Positions 1 through 8,670 of a DNA stretch of 51,183 nucleotides are shown here, one piece after another. This DNA is from a virus. Taxonomy: Duplodnaviria > Caudoviricetes. Position numbers and translations under genes: made by a program. The stretch is from IMG/VR virus record IMGVR_UViG_3300012942_000058, positions 1 through 51,183 of that record, one strand, 5' to 3'. The notes beneath the pieces were generated by a model, which was given only the letters and a program-made list of their open reading frames with translations, had not been told where the DNA came from and made no database searches. The first letter of the stretch is position 1, and every line of letters starts with the position of its first letter.

Positions 1-30
1 GGGCGGGGGCTTCTCGTCCCCTTCTGTTAT

Positions 31-173
31 ATTATCCTACGCGTATACACGTTGTGTAACGGTTTGACGCTAACTCGTCGCAGCGACCATGCGATAAGTA
101 ATAATCAATAGCAACACCGACGCGCGCCGCGCGCTGCTTGGACTTGCGTGCTATTGGCTATTATTACGTGAGC
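31..173 (+). repeat. Copy A of a 143-bp non-coding element duplicated in inverted orientation at 34192-34334
   Basis: Gapless manual alignment to the reverse complement of 34192-34334, about 98/143 identical by hand count; shared blocks GTGTAACGGT, TGCGATA, GTAATAATCAATAGCAAC, CGCGCGCCGCGCG, TGCTATTG, TATTAC. Confidence 0.9.
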
Positions 174-340
174 GTGAAGAGGGACTAAAAAGCCGACCAA
201 ATCCTCCGGCTCTTTCCGTTAGAAAAAAGCTAACGTTAGAGGCTCCTCGGCGTCCAGGTCTACCACACCCTGCTGCGAGCCGTCCCCGGAACCCCTGCCA
301 GACCGCCGGAACGATCGCGCAGGAACCCCGCAGCCAGGGA

Positions 341-369
341 TTTACTCCGGACCCCGGCCGAGCTATAAC
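341..369 (+). promoter_or_regulatory. sigma70-like promoter TTTAC-N16-GCTATAAC upstream of terS
   Basis: Matches a motif recurring about 12 times in intergenic gaps; the terS ATG begins 7 nt after the -10 octamer. Confidence 0.65.
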
Positions 370-375
370 CGTGGT

Positions 376-870
376 ATGGCCGAGTATCCCTCTCGCTGGA
401 CCGACGAAGACTACAGGTCCCGACCGCGCGACTTCGATCCTCTCCTCGCCGACCAGATTCTGGAGCGGCTGGAGAACGGCGAGATGCTCCCCGAGATCTG
501 CCGCATGTCCCTCTCCCTGCCGCTCCCGGCCACCTTTCTGCGGTGGCTGGAGGAGGATCAGGCGCTGGCGGATCGCTACGCCCGCTCTCGTCGGCTGGGC
601 AACGAGGTCAACTTCGACGAGATCGTGGCCGAGGCCCGGTCGGGCCGACCCGACGCACCCACCCGCGTTGCCGCACTGAAGCACCATACCGAGCGGTCCG
701 AGCCCGAGAAGTACGGGCCGCGAGTCACCAACAGGAATGTCGATGTACCAGACGACCGACCAGCCGGCATCGATCACGCAGCCGAGTTCCGCCGACGCAT
801 CGAGGCAATGGCGGCGCGCAAGGCCGCAGCCCGAGAGGCTGCCCGGAGCGACGAGGCCGCGCAGCGCTGA
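376..870 (+). CDS. terS: Terminase small subunit (Sf6 gp1-like HTH)
   Basis: 'LADQILERLENGEMLPEICR...PATFLRWL...RYARSR' pattern typical of this TerS type; lies upstream of terL. Confidence 0.75.
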   Translation: MAEYPSRWTDEDYRSRPRDFDPLLADQILERLENGEMLPEICRMSLSLPLPATFLRWLEEDQALADRYARSRRLGNEVNFDEIVAEARSGRPDAPTRVAALKHHTERSEPEKYGPRVTNRNVDVPDDRPAGIDHAAEFRRRIEAMAARKAAAREAARSDEAAQR

Positions 871-1345
871 CCGCGAGAGAGACGACCTGAGAGCAGCCGA
901 GCGGGCGCTCAGGGTCGTGTTCCAGGTGGTGATGCCAGCCATGGCTCGGTCGGCCGACGCGCTGCCCTCGGTCCTCGGCTACTCTCGCCCGCACAGCGCT
1001 ACCTCGTGCGCTCGCAATCACGAGTTCTACCTCGACCTGGCTGCCGAGCTGGGCGAGGACTGGGTCAAGCTGGTGCGCGAGCTGGAGGACCACTCTGTCA
1101 GCGACGGCTGGAGGCGCGTGGAGCGCCAGCACATGGAGGAGGCGGCGACCGACATCCTCTCCTCCCTCAGGCGGCTCCCCCGGCCAGTGCGCGACGTGGT
1201 CTACCGACGAGCAGCCGGTGTCTCGTGGCGCCGGATCAGCGCCGACCTGCCGGGTCGGGCATACTTCTCGCTCACGGACGACTGGACCAGCGCCCTGCGC
1301 TGGCTGTGCCGCGAGCACGGCGAGCTTGTGAGGAGACTGACCTGA
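737..1345 (+). CDS. Hypothetical protein with C-terminal HTH/sigma-region-4-like segment; true start probably further downstream (about 917-941)
   Basis: 'LRRLPRPVRDVVYRRAAGVSWRRISADL' resembles a C-terminal HTH; stop overlaps the next ATG. Confidence 0.5.
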   Translation: MSMYQTTDQPASITQPSSADASRQWRRARPQPERLPGATRPRSADRERDDLRAAERALRVVFQVVMPAMARSADALPSVLGYSRPHSATSCARNHEFYLDLAAELGEDWVKLVRELEDHSVSDGWRRVERQHMEEAATDILSSLRRLPRPVRDVVYRRAAGVSWRRISADLPGRAYFSLTDDWTSALRWLCREHGELVRRLT

Positions 1346-1719
1346 TGCCACCGCGCGGCCATCGCGACGCAGCCGAGCCCAGAGGACCCAGGGAGCGGGT
1401 CTACCACCGGGGCGGAGCCTACCTGCCCGCCGACGCCCGAGGACGCGGGCAGACGACGGAGCAGCTGGAGGGCCTGGAGCCGGGGATGACGTACATCGTC
1501 CACACCCGGTCGATGGCGGTCTACGTGCGGCATCTTGTGGCTGATCGCATCCCTCAGGTCAGGCCACTGTCGGTGGTCGTCTGCGCCACGGCCGAGGATG
1601 CTGCTCACCTGCTGCGGGGCACCCGCATACGTGCGGTCGCCGACCACGCCTGTCCCGACGAGGTCCGCTGGGCCGTGGACCAGCACACCCGGAACGTGCC
1701 TCGGTCGGATGGGCTCTAG
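1345..1719 (+). CDS. Hypothetical protein
   Basis: ATG at 1345 coupled to upstream TGA, with AGGAG SD; 3' part of ORF 1006..1719. Confidence 0.55.
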   Translation: MPPRGHRDAAEPRGPRERVYHRGGAYLPADARGRGQTTEQLEGLEPGMTYIVHTRSMAVYVRHLVADRIPQVRPLSVVVCATAEDAAHLLRGTRIRAVADHACPDEVRWAVDQHTRNVPRSDGL

Positions 1720-1774
1720 GGCCAGCTCACCGCCCGCACAACCGCCTCTCGCGTCCTTCGTCTGTGTTCCTCGG

Positions 1775-2143
1775 CTAGGTCCCCGGGAGAGTGGCCTCGC
1801 CGGCAGCCGCTACTGCCTGCCCGCTAGGGGCTGGATGGTCAGGCAGCGCGGCAATCTCATCAAGGCAACCCTGCACGATGTCTGCGATGGGCTGATCCGA
1901 GAGACCGTCCGAGGTTGCCTTAACCTCGGCCATCGCTTCCGCGAGAATATCGAAATGACGAGGGTCCACCGCCCGCCCGCCTGCGCCCATGGCGGCTCGG
2001 CAATCTTGGGCAAAGCGAAGGTATTCTTCGCGGGGCTGGTAGACCACGCTCAGGGTTGCGGATCGCTCGGCCATCTCGGCAGCTGCGAGTAGTAGGTCGC
2101 CGACTCCCCGCGCCGGGCTGGTGGTGTCTGTCGTCTGGGTCAT
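1775..2143 (-). CDS. Hypothetical protein
   Basis: 122-aa ORF, AGGAG SD on minus strand, ATGA overlap with 2140..2421. Confidence 0.6.
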   Translation of the reverse strand: MTQTTDTTSPARGVGDLLLAAAEMAERSATLSVVYQPREEYLRFAQDCRAAMGAGGRAVDPRHFDILAEAMAEVKATSDGLSDQPIADIVQGCLDEIAALPDHPAPSGQAVAAAGEATLPGT

Positions 2144-2421
2144 GCTGGCTCCTGTCCTCTGGGCGGCATCTCTCGCCTATCGTAGTCTCTCTGGTCCCTC
2201 GCCGCAAGTCCGCCCCATGGGTCCAGGCCCCGCAGCAGCATGCGGCCGTCCTGGCGCAGGTAGTGCTCGCGAATCAGGGCCATCAGGCTCTCGGCCTCGG
2301 CTGTTCGCCAGTGGAGCTTCGGGCCGATCAGTGGCCTGCGGTCCAGCTCGCTCAGCGGTATGCCCGCGAGCCAGCATGCTCTGGCTGTTCTCAGTATCCG
2401 TGCGCTCTGCTCCGGGGTCAT
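2140..2421 (-). CDS. Hypothetical protein
   Basis: 93-aa ORF with AGGAGG SD and its own minus-strand promoter at 2450-2478. Confidence 0.6.
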   Translation of the reverse strand: MTPEQSARILRTARACWLAGIPLSELDRRPLIGPKLHWRTAEAESLMALIREHYLRQDGRMLLRGLDPWGGLAARDQRDYDRREMPPRGQEPA

Positions 2422-2449
2422 GTGTGCCTCCTGTGGTCTGCGGCCCTCC

Positions 2450-2540
2450 AGTGTAGCCGACCATCGGCGCTGTGGCTACCCCGGCGAGATAAAATAAATT
2501 AGGGTGCGAGATTTACTTTACCGCGCAGCAGGGCTATTTT
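2450..2540. promoter_or_regulatory. Divergent promoter pair: minus TAGCC-N16-GCTACACT (2450-2478) and plus TTTAC-N16-GCTATTTT (2512-2540), with AT-rich spacer
   Basis: Both match the recurring promoter motif with 16-nt spacer. Confidence 0.6.
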
Positions 2541-2653
2541 TCTGGCTAGGGTGAGAAGCTCGCCCTGAAGCGCACCCCTCTCCCTGTTCTCTGTCTGTCC
2601 CCTGTCTCCGCCGGGCGAGGGGTGCGCCGACGTACATCCCAGGAGCACATCCC

Positions 2654-4072
2654 GTGAACATCCAGTCGCTCGCATCTGCGCTGGCGGAGCTGCCTCCGCA
2701 AGAGCGCCAGATGGAGTACTTTCGCGTCACGAGCGAGATGGCTCTTGGCCTGAAGCACGACTGGTCGTTCTGGGGTCGCCCAGAGCAGCAGGAGCCGCCC
2801 GGCGACTGGTCGGTGTGGCTGCTGATGGCGGGTCGCGGCTTCGGCAAGACTCGCTCGGGTGCGGAGTTCGTCCGCTCTCAGCACTGCGGCCCCACTCCGC
2901 TGGCTCCCGGCAGGGTCCGCCACACTGCGCTGGTGGCCGAGACCGCCGCCGACGCACGCGACGTCATGGTCAGGGGCGTGTCGGGCATCATCGCCGTGCA
3001 TCCGCCCGAGTTCCGGCCGACCTACTATCCCTCGCTGCGGCTGCTGGAGTGGCCCAACGGGTCCATTGCCCACACCTACTCGGCCGAGGACCCCGAGCAG
3101 CTTCGTGGTCCGGAGCACGACCTTGCCTGGTCCGACGAGCTGGCCAAGTGGCGCTACGCAGAGGAGACCTGGGACATGCTCCAGTTCGGCCTCCGCGCGG
3201 GCGACTCGCCCCGTCAGCTCGTGACCACGACCCCGAGGCCCATCCCGCTGGTGCGGGAGCTGCTGAAGGGCGAGGGCAGACCGGGCGGCACCTACGTGAC
3301 CCGAGGGTCGACGTACGACAACAGCGACAACCTCGCGCCCAACTTCATCGCCAAGATGAGGGAGCGCTACGAGGGCACCAGACTGGGCCGGCAGGAGCTG
3401 CGGGCCGAGGTCCTGGACGACATTCCGGGCGCGCTGTGGACGCGCCTCATGCTGGACCGTAGGTCTGGCTCCAACCCGAAGGGTGCCGGCATGGCGCCCG
3501 ACGAGGAGCTCCCGGTCATGCGCCGCGTCTCGGTGGGGGTCGACCCCTCCGGCACCTACGGCGAGGACCGCAGCGCCACGTCGCGCGAGAACAAGGGCGA
3601 CGAGGCCGGGGACGACGTAGGTATCGTGGCTGCTGGGCTGGGCGAGGACGGGCAGATCTACATACTGGAAGACGCCACGGTCAATCTTGGCCCGGCTGGG
3701 TGGGCGCGCAGGGTGCGCGACACCTACCACCACCACGAGGCCGACATGGTGGTGGGCGAGGCCAACTTCGGCGGCGCGATGGTCGAGTACACGATCCGCT
3801 CCGTCGACCGCAACATTCCGTACCGGGCGGTTCACGCCTCTCGCGGCAAGCACATTCGTGCGCAGCCGATCGCTGCGCTGTACGAGCAGGGCCGGGTCCG
3901 CCACGTGGGGACGTTCGCCAAGCTGGAGGACCAGATGGTCAGCATGACCGACAGCGGATACGAGGGGGCTGGCTCGCCCGACCGCCTGGACGCCATGGTC
4001 TGGGCCGTCACCGACCTCGTCTTCGGGCGCTCTGCTCGCGGCGGCAGCACCACGGTCGGAGGACACCACTGA
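2654..4072 (+). CDS. terL: Terminase large subunit
   Basis: Walker A-like AGRGFGKT, Walker B WSDE, TTTP coupling motif, nuclease VGVDP...DRLDAMVWA. Confidence 0.95.
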   Translation: MNIQSLASALAELPPQERQMEYFRVTSEMALGLKHDWSFWGRPEQQEPPGDWSVWLLMAGRGFGKTRSGAEFVRSQHCGPTPLAPGRVRHTALVAETAADARDVMVRGVSGIIAVHPPEFRPTYYPSLRLLEWPNGSIAHTYSAEDPEQLRGPEHDLAWSDELAKWRYAEETWDMLQFGLRAGDSPRQLVTTTPRPIPLVRELLKGEGRPGGTYVTRGSTYDNSDNLAPNFIAKMRERYEGTRLGRQELRAEVLDDIPGALWTRLMLDRRSGSNPKGAGMAPDEELPVMRRVSVGVDPSGTYGEDRSATSRENKGDEAGDDVGIVAAGLGEDGQIYILEDATVNLGPAGWARRVRDTYHHHEADMVVGEANFGGAMVEYTIRSVDRNIPYRAVHASRGKHIRAQPIAALYEQGRVRHVGTFAKLEDQMVSMTDSGYEGAGSPDRLDAMVWAVTDLVFGRSARGGSTTVGGHH

Positions 4073-5655
4073 TGGCTGCTCGCGTCGTAGCTCGGGTGCC
4101 GACCGGCACCGCACCCGACCCGAAGGCCGCACCGGCCGACGCACGCGAGCGCGACGACGACCTGAGGGGCGACCCCAGTCAGCGCCATCCGGACCTGGTC
4201 CGCATGAGCGACGACTATCAGGAGATGCGCGACTGCCGCGCCGGAGCGACCACGATCAAGGCCGAGGGGCAGAAGTACCTGCCCATGCCCGACGGATTCC
4301 GCGCCCAGAACGACGGCGGCGCAGGAATGTACGAGTCGTACAAGAAGCGGGCTCAGTTCCCCGACATCGTGTCGCCCACGGTGCTCGGCATGGTGGGCAT
4401 CGTCCACTCGCGCGAGGCGCAGATCGAGGGCCTGGAGGAGGGATCGGCCCTGGAGTACCTGTGGGAGAAGGCCACGCCAGATGGCCTGCCGCTGGAGGTG
4501 CTCCACCGCATGATCACCGAGGAGATCCTGACCCTCGGTCGGGTGGCGCTGTTCGCAGATCCGCCCGCCGAGGGCGGCGAGCCGCTGATCGCGCTGTACA
4601 AGGCCGAGAGCCTGATCAACTGGTCGGACAGCCGCGACTTCTTCGTTCTGGAGGAGTCGTACCGCATCCGCACCGGCTTCAGCTGGGACGACCGCACCCG
4701 CTACCGCGTCCTGCGGCTGGTGGACGATCGCTACGTGGTCGTCGTTCTGGACAAGGACGGCACACCCCAGACCGTGGGGTCGGCCGAGGACACCGAGGAC
4801 CAGGAGGACCGCAGCACGGAGGCATCCCCGGTCGCCCGAGGCGGGCAGGCCCTGGAAGAGATTCCGCTGGTGGTGGCCGGGTCGCGCGACCTGTCCCTGG
4901 AGCCCGACGAGATGCCCCTGATAGGCGTGGCTCGCGCCGCGACGGCGATCTACCGGCTGGACGCCGACTACCGGCACCAGCTGTTCATGGCCGGACAGGA
5001 GACGCTGTTCGTGTCGGGCCTGGACGTCAAGGACGCACCCGACTTTGTCGGTGCTGGCGTGATCGTCTGCCTGCCCGAGAACGCCAGCGCCCAGTATGTC
5101 GGGCCGAGCGGCGAGGGCATCGACTCCCACAAGACCGCGATCGACGACGAGCGCGAGGTGGCTGCGGCCGCAGGGTCGCGGGTGTTCGAGACGGGCCAGA
5201 AGGGTCAAGCCGAGTCCGGGGATGCCCTGAGGATACGGGCGCGCGCTGGCACGGCGACGCTGGTCTCGGTGGCTCTGTCCTCGGCTGCGGCCCTGGAGCG
5301 CATTCTGCGGCACTGCGCCACGATGGTGGGTGCCGACCCGGAGAGCATAGTCGTCACGCCGAACCTGGACTTCGTCGACGCCAAGATGACGCCCGACGAG
5401 GCCGCCAAGCTGATGGAGCTGTGGCTGCAGGGCGTGATCAGCTACGACACCCTGTACGAGAACCTGCAGCGCGGCGAGATCGCCTCCCAGGAGCGCACCG
5501 CCGAAGAGGAGCAGGATCTGGTGGCCCAGGAGCAGACCCAGACCACCGACGACGAGGGTGGCGCGGGCGTGGACGACGAGACCGACGAGGACGCGGAGGG
5601 CGAGGAGGACCCCGAGACCGCAGCCTACTTCTCGACGGACTACCTGGATGCGTAG
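4072..5655 (+). CDS. Portal protein (DUF4055-type)
   Basis: Starts MAARVV at 4072 overlapping the terL stop; 'KYLPMP...YESYKKRAQF', 'YKAESLINW', 'AESGDALRIR'; acidic C-tail; position after terL. Confidence 0.85.
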   Translation: MAARVVARVPTGTAPDPKAAPADARERDDDLRGDPSQRHPDLVRMSDDYQEMRDCRAGATTIKAEGQKYLPMPDGFRAQNDGGAGMYESYKKRAQFPDIVSPTVLGMVGIVHSREAQIEGLEEGSALEYLWEKATPDGLPLEVLHRMITEEILTLGRVALFADPPAEGGEPLIALYKAESLINWSDSRDFFVLEESYRIRTGFSWDDRTRYRVLRLVDDRYVVVVLDKDGTPQTVGSAEDTEDQEDRSTEASPVARGGQALEEIPLVVAGSRDLSLEPDEMPLIGVARAATAIYRLDADYRHQLFMAGQETLFVSGLDVKDAPDFVGAGVIVCLPENASAQYVGPSGEGIDSHKTAIDDEREVAAAAGSRVFETGQKGQAESGDALRIRARAGTATLVSVALSSAAALERILRHCATMVGADPESIVVTPNLDFVDAKMTPDEAAKLMELWLQGVISYDTLYENLQRGEIASQERTAEEEQDLVAQEQTQTTDDEGGAGVDDETDEDAEGEEDPETAAYFSTDYLDA

Positions 5656-6676
5656 GGTCAAGAAGAAGGAGGAGGCGACCCACCTCTCGGGTCGGTCTCT
5701 CGGGGCGCGCGCCGCCTACCAGGAGAGCAAGCACCGCCGCGATGCGGAGGGACGCTACGCCGACAAGCCGGGGGCCGGAGACGATGCACCCAGGAAGGGT
5801 TGGCGTCCGGCTGCCGAGGACGACATCGTTGGTCGCCGGTCGGGCGGAGCGGGCGAGGAGACCGCCGCCGAGAGCCGAGTGCGCCCGGTGGAGAAGATGA
5901 GCGACGAGGAGGCGCAGGGGTCGCTGGAGTGGAAGAACGACCCCGAGCGCTGGGCCGCAGCCGAGGCGGGGGCAGAGGCCAGCACGCACGCTGCCCCCAC
6001 TCTCGGCACGGTGAGCGAGGCCGAGTTCACGCCCGAGCAGAAGCTGGCCGTGGATCGGATGGCCGACCAGCTAGACCAGATGGGCATAACCCACCTGACC
6101 TCGGCCGACAGCTCGGCCGTCAAGCTGTACACCGGCACCTCGTCGGCGTACAAGAACATAAACAAGGCGCTTCGTCGCGCCGACACCTCGAAGCTGAAGC
6201 CAGCCGAGCTGGAGGCGGCGAGGGAGCTGCAGGAGCACATGAAGGCGTCCGTCATGAAGCGGGACGCGGTGTTCTACCGGGGCGTGGAGAAGGTCGGCAA
6301 GTTCGACAAGATGCCGCCGCCCTCGGACTTCGCCGACAACGGATTCCAGTCCACCAGCATGAACTCTCGGTTCTCCGAGAAGTTCAGCGGCGCGACATTC
6401 GACAGTGCCGCGTTCGGCGAGGGCACCACGGGAACCATGTTCAAGATCCGGGTTCCCAAGGGCTCTCACGCCCTCAGCGTGTCGCGCGCCGACAACGTTC
6501 GCTCTGGGCTGGCCGAGTCGGCCGAGGTGCTGCTTCCGCCGGGCACGCGCTATCGCTACGTGTCTCACGAGGTGCAGACTCGGACGGTGCCGGGCTACGG
6601 CAGCGCGCCGGAGCGGAAGTTCCGGGTCAAGGTGATCGAGGTCGAGGTGGTGAGGGCAGATGGCTCGGGCTACTGA
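5648..6676 (+). CDS. ADP-ribosyltransferase 1 (VIP2/C2-like R-S-E clade)
   Basis: 'YT...YKNINKALR', 'VFYRG', 'GFQSTS', 'FKIRVPKG', 'SAEVLLPPG'; N-terminal 'ESKHRRDAEGRY'; ATG at 5648 overlaps the portal end. Confidence 0.85.
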   Translation: MRRVKKKEEATHLSGRSLGARAAYQESKHRRDAEGRYADKPGAGDDAPRKGWRPAAEDDIVGRRSGGAGEETAAESRVRPVEKMSDEEAQGSLEWKNDPERWAAAEAGAEASTHAAPTLGTVSEAEFTPEQKLAVDRMADQLDQMGITHLTSADSSAVKLYTGTSSAYKNINKALRRADTSKLKPAELEAARELQEHMKASVMKRDAVFYRGVEKVGKFDKMPPPSDFADNGFQSTSMNSRFSEKFSGATFDSAAFGEGTTGTMFKIRVPKGSHALSVSRADNVRSGLAESAEVLLPPGTRYRYVSHEVQTRTVPGYGSAPERKFRVKVIEVEVVRADGSGY

Positions 6677-6863
6677 CAAGGAGCGAGGCGCCAGCGGGCG
6701 CTTTCTCGCCGATCCGGACGACGTGGTGTTCCTGGAGCGCGACGAGCGCCAGCGCCGCGTGGCGGCGACCCCGGCCACCGACGACGAGGGCGGGGACGAC
6801 GAGTATGGCGAGGTGAGCGACGAGGAGCTGGCGGAGATGTTCGCCCCCGAGACCCTGGAGTAG
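6660..6863 (+). CDS. Small acidic protein downstream of ART1
   Basis: 67 aa, D/E-rich, overlaps the ART1 stop; 'RGASGRFLADPDDVVFL'. Confidence 0.65.
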   Translation: MARATDKERGASGRFLADPDDVVFLERDERQRRVAATPATDDEGGDDEYGEVSDEELAEMFAPETLE

Positions 6864-6866
6864 GCT

Positions 6867-8669
6867 GTGCAGCACCGCAAGAAGCACCTCGCGGACAAGG
6901 CTGTCGCGGCTCGCGCCAAGTGGGAGTCGTCCAAGCATCCGCGTGGTCCTGGCGGCAAGTTCGTGTCCAAGCCGGGGTCCGAGAAGGCACCGTCGGGTCG
7001 CCACTCGGAGGCGATGAAGGAGAAGGGCAAGACTTCCGGCATCAAGGACGAGGACATCGTCAAGCTGCACGTCGCCCAGAACCCGAAGAAGGCCGGCAGC
7101 AAGTCCGCCGAGGACTTCGCCAAGTACAAGAACGACATGACCGTGGCCGAGTTCAAGGCGGCGGTCGGCAAGGACGCCGCAGGGCACCTTGCGTGGGACA
7201 TCAAGAAGGGCTACATCTCGGTCCATGCGCCGGGGTCGCTGCCCGCAGCCAAGAAGGAGCTGACGAAGGAGAGCTACATCGGCTTCGGGAAGCAGTCCGA
7301 CGTGAAGGGCTCGGACGTGATCAAGCTGCACCCGACCGACGAGGTCGGGAAGATGGTCAACCCCAAGAAGGCCGGTAGCAAGTCCGAGGGCGAGTTCGCC
7401 AAGTACCGCGACGAGATGACCGTGGACGAGTACGTCGCGGCGGTCGGCGACAAGAAGAAGGCGCTGGCCAACATCAAGTGGGACACGGACAAGGGCTTCG
7501 TGTCGGTCCACTCGCCCGAGTCGCTGGAGAGCCTGAGAGCCGGCAAGACGACTGCGCCGAAGTCTCATCTGCCCGAGGGCATCGACGACAGCACTCAGCT
7601 TCTCAACGTCTCCACTGGCGAGGTGAAGACTGTAGCCGAGATGAAGAAGCCTCTTGTTGGCAGTGGCTTCAAGAACGAGACGGTAGAGAAGAGCATCGCC
7701 GCCTCCGTGAAGGAGGGCTCGCTGAAGAAGTACACTGCTCCTAAGGTCGCCGACCTGAAGAGTAGCGACCACCTTGTGCTCCAGACCACTGGGCCGAATC
7801 CCTACAAGGAGGGGTCGCCGGAGTGGATCAAGTACAAGGCATTCGAGCTGCAGCACGGCAAGCCGCACACGCTCGACTCGTATATGGCGACCAAGTCGCT
7901 GGACACGACCCAGAAGAAGGCGGTGCTGCAGACGCTGATCGACGACGGGCACATCAAGCTGGTGACCAAGGAGCAGCTGGCGGCGGTGGCCGCAGCCAAG
8001 GCGGCGTCCCCGTACCCTGTAGTCAAGCAGTCGGCGAAGCCGAAGCTGCCGGACGTGAGCGACGAGCGCTGGGGCAAGGTCCTGAGGTCCGACACTCTGG
8101 AGGACCTGCGCCACAAGGACTCCGGCTACGACCTGATGATGCAGTCGGCCAAGAACATGGGCGCTGTTCGACGCACGACCAGCTCCAGCTCGGCGCTGGC
8201 GAGCTATAAGGGTAGTGGCTACAGCTACATCAACAGCAGCCTGCGCGAGGGCAAGCCGCCGACGAGCCAGGCTCTGGCGCTGGACGCGCTGATGAAGCCG
8301 ACCACGGCAGACGCGATAGTCTACCGGGGTCACAACGTGAAGTACATGAACAACATGCCGCCTCCGCCGGAGTTCGAGGAGCTGGGCTTCAGCTCGGTCT
8401 CGCACAATCCGGCGGTGTCTCAGTCCTTCTCCAAGGGTTCGAACACCATCTTCAGGATAAGGGTGCCGAAGGGCACTCCTGCCCTGCAGATCACGCAGGG
8501 CGGCACGAGCGACGAGGCGCTGAGGAACGAGCTTGGCTACGAGGCCGAGGTGGTCCTGGCGCGCGGCACTCGCTACAAGTACGTCAGCCACGAGACGGTC
8601 GGCGGCTGGAAGATCATAGACGTGATTGCCGTCGGACCGCACGGCGGCGCGGCGAAGAGCGGAGTCTGA
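6867..8669 (+). CDS. ADP-ribosyltransferase 2 with N-terminal HPR motif and three 'NPK' repeat domains
   Basis: C-terminal 'YSYINSSLR', 'IVYRG', 'GFSSVS', 'FRIRVPKG', 'EAEVVLARG'; N-terminal 'WESSKHPRGPGGKF'; internal repeats NPKKAGSKS...MTV...WD..KG(Y/F)(I/V)SV. Confidence 0.85.
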   Translation: MQHRKKHLADKAVAARAKWESSKHPRGPGGKFVSKPGSEKAPSGRHSEAMKEKGKTSGIKDEDIVKLHVAQNPKKAGSKSAEDFAKYKNDMTVAEFKAAVGKDAAGHLAWDIKKGYISVHAPGSLPAAKKELTKESYIGFGKQSDVKGSDVIKLHPTDEVGKMVNPKKAGSKSEGEFAKYRDEMTVDEYVAAVGDKKKALANIKWDTDKGFVSVHSPESLESLRAGKTTAPKSHLPEGIDDSTQLLNVSTGEVKTVAEMKKPLVGSGFKNETVEKSIAASVKEGSLKKYTAPKVADLKSSDHLVLQTTGPNPYKEGSPEWIKYKAFELQHGKPHTLDSYMATKSLDTTQKKAVLQTLIDDGHIKLVTKEQLAAVAAAKAASPYPVVKQSAKPKLPDVSDERWGKVLRSDTLEDLRHKDSGYDLMMQSAKNMGAVRRTTSSSSALASYKGSGYSYINSSLREGKPPTSQALALDALMKPTTADAIVYRGHNVKYMNNMPPPPEFEELGFSSVSHNPAVSQSFSKGSNTIFRIRVPKGTPALQITQGGTSDEALRNELGYEAEVVLARGTRYKYVSHETVGGWKIIDVIAVGPHGGAAKSGV

Positions 8670-8670
8670 C

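Noticed and set aside
6861-6869. Amber read-through fusing the small acidic ORF in frame to ART2 (TAG GCT GTG)
   Set aside because: The GTG has its own GGAG SD 6 nt upstream, the only tRNA is Gly(GCC) rather than a suppressor, and TAG is a normal stop in many other genes here
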